NCBI RefSeq assembly: GCF_964355755.1
Contig: NC_092675.1
Coordinates: forward strand, 21,176,912-21,240,911
Direction: 5' to 3'
Length of the DNA: 64,000 bases
Source of the DNA: Antedon mediterranea
Taxonomy: Eukaryota > Animalia > Echinodermata
The translations under genes and the position numbers were made by a program. Positions within the stretch are counted from its first letter, which is position 1. The number at the start of each line of letters is the position of its first letter. Of this stretch, positions 60,401-64,000 are shown one piece after another. Below the pieces are notes generated by a model that was given only the letters and a program-made list of their open reading frames with translations, ran no database searches and had not been told where the DNA came from.

Positions 60401-62314
60401 ACGACGGCTTGGAAGGGACCGGCTGCGCCATTATAGCATTTGATATGCGGATCAAAAACAACATCAAACTCTTCGTTAAGAGATTTAAATCTTTGTCGGA
60501 TTGTAGGGGGAATGATACGATCAGGGTCAAGGTGAATTTGCAATGAATGTAGTGTCGATTGTGTGGGGCGTGGTGATGAACTGGTTTTCACAGGAGGTTT
60601 ACAAGTGTGGTCATTGGTATTACAATCGTCCGGGACAAAGACAGGGCGTATCTGACAGAAGTGTTCGTTTCGTTTAAGAACCTGAGGTAATGATGTGTTA
60701 TTTTCAATGCGAATTTTTCCGTCAATGCTGTGAATAGTACCATACTCTGGCCAGGTAGGAGGTCGATGAGTATAGCTGCGAGGTTCAAGGGCGAGCTCAT
60801 TATCATGAGTCGAAACACCTTCTGGGATTAGTAACTCTATGAAGTCACCAGGCCACAGAGTAGTTAAGCTGCTAGGAGCGCGTAATACTTGAGCGCGACG
60901 AATGGCAGGGGTCTTAGTAGTGTCCTTAGAACCGTACGTATAAGAAGAAGTGTTCCCTATGACTACTTGACGTTTCGCTGGACGAATGGCGATGTCATTG
61001 TTTTCCATAAAGGGTGTGCCTGCCAGAATATCCACATCGAGTCGTTCGACTACGAGGCCGTCAAAGAGAAGTTCAATATGGTCGCGGGAAAATGTAACTA
61101 ATTGTTGTCTCGCCGACAACCTTTAATGGAGATGAGCCATCTGCTTGGTGGGCTGATTGAGATGATTCTCTAATTTCGGCCGATAGGGCTGTCGCTGCGG
61201 CAAGGGAGATCATATTGCCGGTGGCACCACTGTCGATAGTAATACGTGCCGTGTGGTGATTGTGGAAAACGTCGAGATAGGGCGACTGTCTGATCTGCAG
61301 GCGTAGTGCAGCCTGTTCTGTCTGGTTATCTGCTAAACTGGCGTCATCGCTAACGTCAGTCTCCTCGATACCTTCAATGATTCCGATGACCTGTCTAGCC
61401 CTGACCATGTACTTCCGGTCCTGTTCAGGTAAGTGAATGCATCCACTGAGAAAGTGGGTGTCATGCTTTCGACCAGCCTGTTTGCAAAGAGGACAAGACT
61501 TTAGCTGTCGACGAATATGACTAGTAGTATTACGAGACGTGCGAGAAGCGCGTTGATAGTTGACCATGGGAGGTGTTGCGAAAGTACGCATTGCGCGTGT
61601 GTCTTCTGTAGCACGCAATTCATCGAGAAGGGAATCCATCGCTTGCGAAATTTCGGGCTTTATTGTCGCCAGGGTACGATCTCGCAGATCAGTTCCATAT
61701 CGTTGCTTGACTAGACGCGGGAGGTCTTTATGGATAAGGGATAACCAGGTTAACACAATAAAGTTCTCCACAGTAGGTGTCATTTCTTCATCCTCTGTGA
61801 TCGCGACGCCGTGATGATTAATTCCGCCTCCAGTGCGTAGCAAATTATCGTCAGCAAATGCCAATAGTCGTTGATACAAATCTTCTGGACGTTCACCAGC
61901 CTCGAGGTGAATAGTGGCAAAGTCTAAGAAGTGACCTCCGGTCGTTTGGAAACCATAGTGAAGTCGGATGGCCTTCCAGATTTGCGAGATGGACGTGGAG
62001 GTTTTAACAATTGTGCTTCGAGAAATAATAGGACAGAAGTTTGCGATCTGGCCTAGCATGAGCTCGAGCATGTGTACCTTTTGCTGAGCAGTACGTCGAC
62101 GTGCTCTAGGGACAGTGTCATCATCGTCCTCAAATAGGCGGAGTGGAGATGCTCTGGTTTTGGGGCCCCATTGTGTGCCTTCCATCAAGAATGGAGCAAA
62201 ATTTTCATCCAACGAAAGTGTATAAATAATGTTCTGCCGCCATGACTCAAATGAGTTTATTGTTTCAGTTTTGGTTAAGCTCCACTGTTTAGGAGCTCTG
62301 TTAACGTTCGCCAT
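57477..62314 (-). pseudogene. Disrupted gag-pol polyprotein
   Basis: Gag [10 protein letters not shown]... with a CPLC..H..C knuckle, protease [10 protein letters not shown] ([27 protein letters not shown]), RNase H ([20 protein letters not shown]), integrase HHCC plus FAAD/IRAD/AEKAIQELE. Frameshifts near 61110, 60128 and 59365; in-frame stops near 60248, 59772 and 58996. Confidence 0.9.
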
Positions 62315-62458
62315 CCTACCAGCTATATGTGCTGGCTGGTCGTACGCCTCTGTGCGTTAGTGCGATCTCGTAGATAATGGTATGGATGGGCCTAGGCTAG
62401 GCCTAAGTTCAACAACTAATAACTCACTGGTTTTAAGCGGAAGGTCCGAATATCTTGG

Positions 62459-62468
62459 GCTGCCACCA
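62459..62468 (-). promoter_or_regulatory. Candidate PBS (tRNA-Leu-like)
   Basis: TGGTGGCAGC directly abuts the 5' LTR and is complementary to a ...GCTGCCACCA tRNA 3' end; the match is only 10 nt. Confidence 0.6.
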
Positions 62469-62633
62469 CGCCAATAAGGTTGATGTTTATATGCCACAAC
62501 TCTACAGATCACACATAGACCGATGTAATGCGAATAATGTATTTTAATAACAGTCAATTAAACTCAATACAACAACATGGAAATCAAAAGCCACAACGCA
62601 CGAACAGCTCCAGCCCATGAGGGCGCACTGGCG
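62469..62633 (-). repeat. 5' LTR of the second element
   Basis: Direct repeat of 55848-56013. Confidence 0.9.
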
Positions 62634-63420
62634 TTTTTTAGTAAAATATTTTGTGTATTAACATTGTAAAATTCAATAAAATATGATATTAAAAGATAGT
62701 AAATAAAAAATAATAATTATTTAACCTCATTCGAAGAATATCAATACTCTATTAGTCCTGAGAGACAACGTGATTTTACGTGGTAGGCATACACGCGAGA
62801 AAAATATTATAGAGTGCACTGCATTTTTACCTTGAAAGATTAAAAACAATTAAATTATTAAATATGACTACTTTCCTTTGCTGTTTCAAACCAACAAAAT
62901 TGTAGTATGTAATTATTATTTATTTTCATGACACAATAAACCTAAAGACCATGAACTTATGTAGGGCCTACTAGGACACCACTCTATCACTACGCGAAAT
63001 GTCGTAAAAGACGCACTGGCCGTTTCATAGAAATTACCGGCGGCTCAACTTGTCGGCGGCCCAACCGGTCATATCCCCCCATGGACATGTTACGCTGCTT
63101 GGTAGGCCTATAGTGTTCGTTATAAGAAGACTAGATGTAATTATACGTCTATGGTTTAACCATGTATTGTATAATATTTTTTTCTTTTTAATTTATTTTT
63201 AATATGTCAAATGCAGTTTTAATGATGCACTCTTGGCGTTCCATATCTGTTCGTTTGTTCGTGTCGACACATTCAGTATCAAATGGCGATATTTCTGTAT
63301 TTTTTCAATCAATTGCTTGCTTGCGAGTATTATATAAGGTATGGTTTAAAGATCTTTGGTTATGTTCGGCTTTGGGATGTTATACCATACTTAGGCCTAG
63401 GCTAGGCTAGGCTATTATAG

Positions 63421-63527
63421 GGGTCGTCGGTTTCGTGTTATGGGTCGTCCAATTCTAGGTCGTCCAATTCGAGGTCGCCCGGGTCGTTGGGGTCGTCCAA
63501 TTCGAGGTCGTCGCTTTCTACACACCC
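63421..63527. repeat. GGTCGTC(CAATTC) short repeat cluster, probable transposon subterminal array
   Basis: About seven GGTCG(T/C) units ending in TTTCTACACACCC; no partner end found in the window. Confidence 0.5.
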
Positions 63528-64000
63528 TGTCTGCTACTGTTGTGAACCAACTTTCATGTGCATTTACTACGCCAATTTATATCAAGTTTAATATGTGTGC
63601 TATGTAAATAAGTTATAGACCTATATGATATATTTGATTTTATTTACCGTAATAATATTATAATAATTAGATTTGTTTGCCTTAGAATAGTATAAAAATA
63701 GTATTTTTTATATGCACCAATACTTTGCCATAAAAAAATAAAAACATCTCGTTACATTCTGCATTGTCTAGGATTAATTTCAATAATAATTTCATCATGG
63801 TAGTGTAAATATTGTATAGTGCATAATAATTACAGTATATTTATTTATTTTATCAGCATTTAACTTCTATCTAGTCTTTTTAAATGTTATCGTATTTATG
63901 TTTAAATTCGTGCTGCATAATTGTATTAGGTTACATGTTTCTCAGTTCTTCAAAAAATACCAAAGAGATTCAGTTAATTTACACTTACACTTTTAATGTT

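Larger units (their letters stand above)
55848..62633 (-). mobile_element. Decayed Ty3/Gypsy-like LTR retrotransposon with short, atypical LTRs
   Basis: Direct repeats 62469-62633 (165 bp) and 55848-56013 (166 bp) with two differences seen. PBS TGGTGGCAGC at 62468-62459, PPT at 56041-56020, gag-PR-RT-RH-IN remnants between the repeats. Confidence 0.92.

Overview
AT-rich, intron-containing eukaryotic DNA; the repeat and gene content suggests a marine invertebrate, possibly an echinoderm (inference). Five host genes could be reconstructed by hand with phase-consistent GT-AG exons: a divergent adenosine-kinase-like gene (-), a TRIM-NHL gene with one coding exon (+), a SPARC-like gene (+), an SRSF3/7-family splicing factor (-) with a candidate poison exon, and a cytosolic sulfotransferase (-). 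Mobile DNA makes up much of the rest. There is an 8.1-kb apparently non-coding foldback palindrome (4287-12426) with an 8-bp target duplication. An intact, apparently very young Ty3/Gypsy element (16308-25432) has a PNMA-like Gag, a GGGAAAC -1 frameshift signal and a tRNA-Pro PBS. A decayed Gypsy-like element (55848-62633) has non-canonical CG...CG LTR ends, an IADD RT motif and a nested DNA transposon with a 5-bp TSD. The window also holds P-like 34-36 bp hairpin relics, Harbinger-type MITEs, HINE/DINE-1-like elements, a Nin/Deu-domain SINE and minisatellites. All comparisons were made by eye; no alignments or database searches were run.
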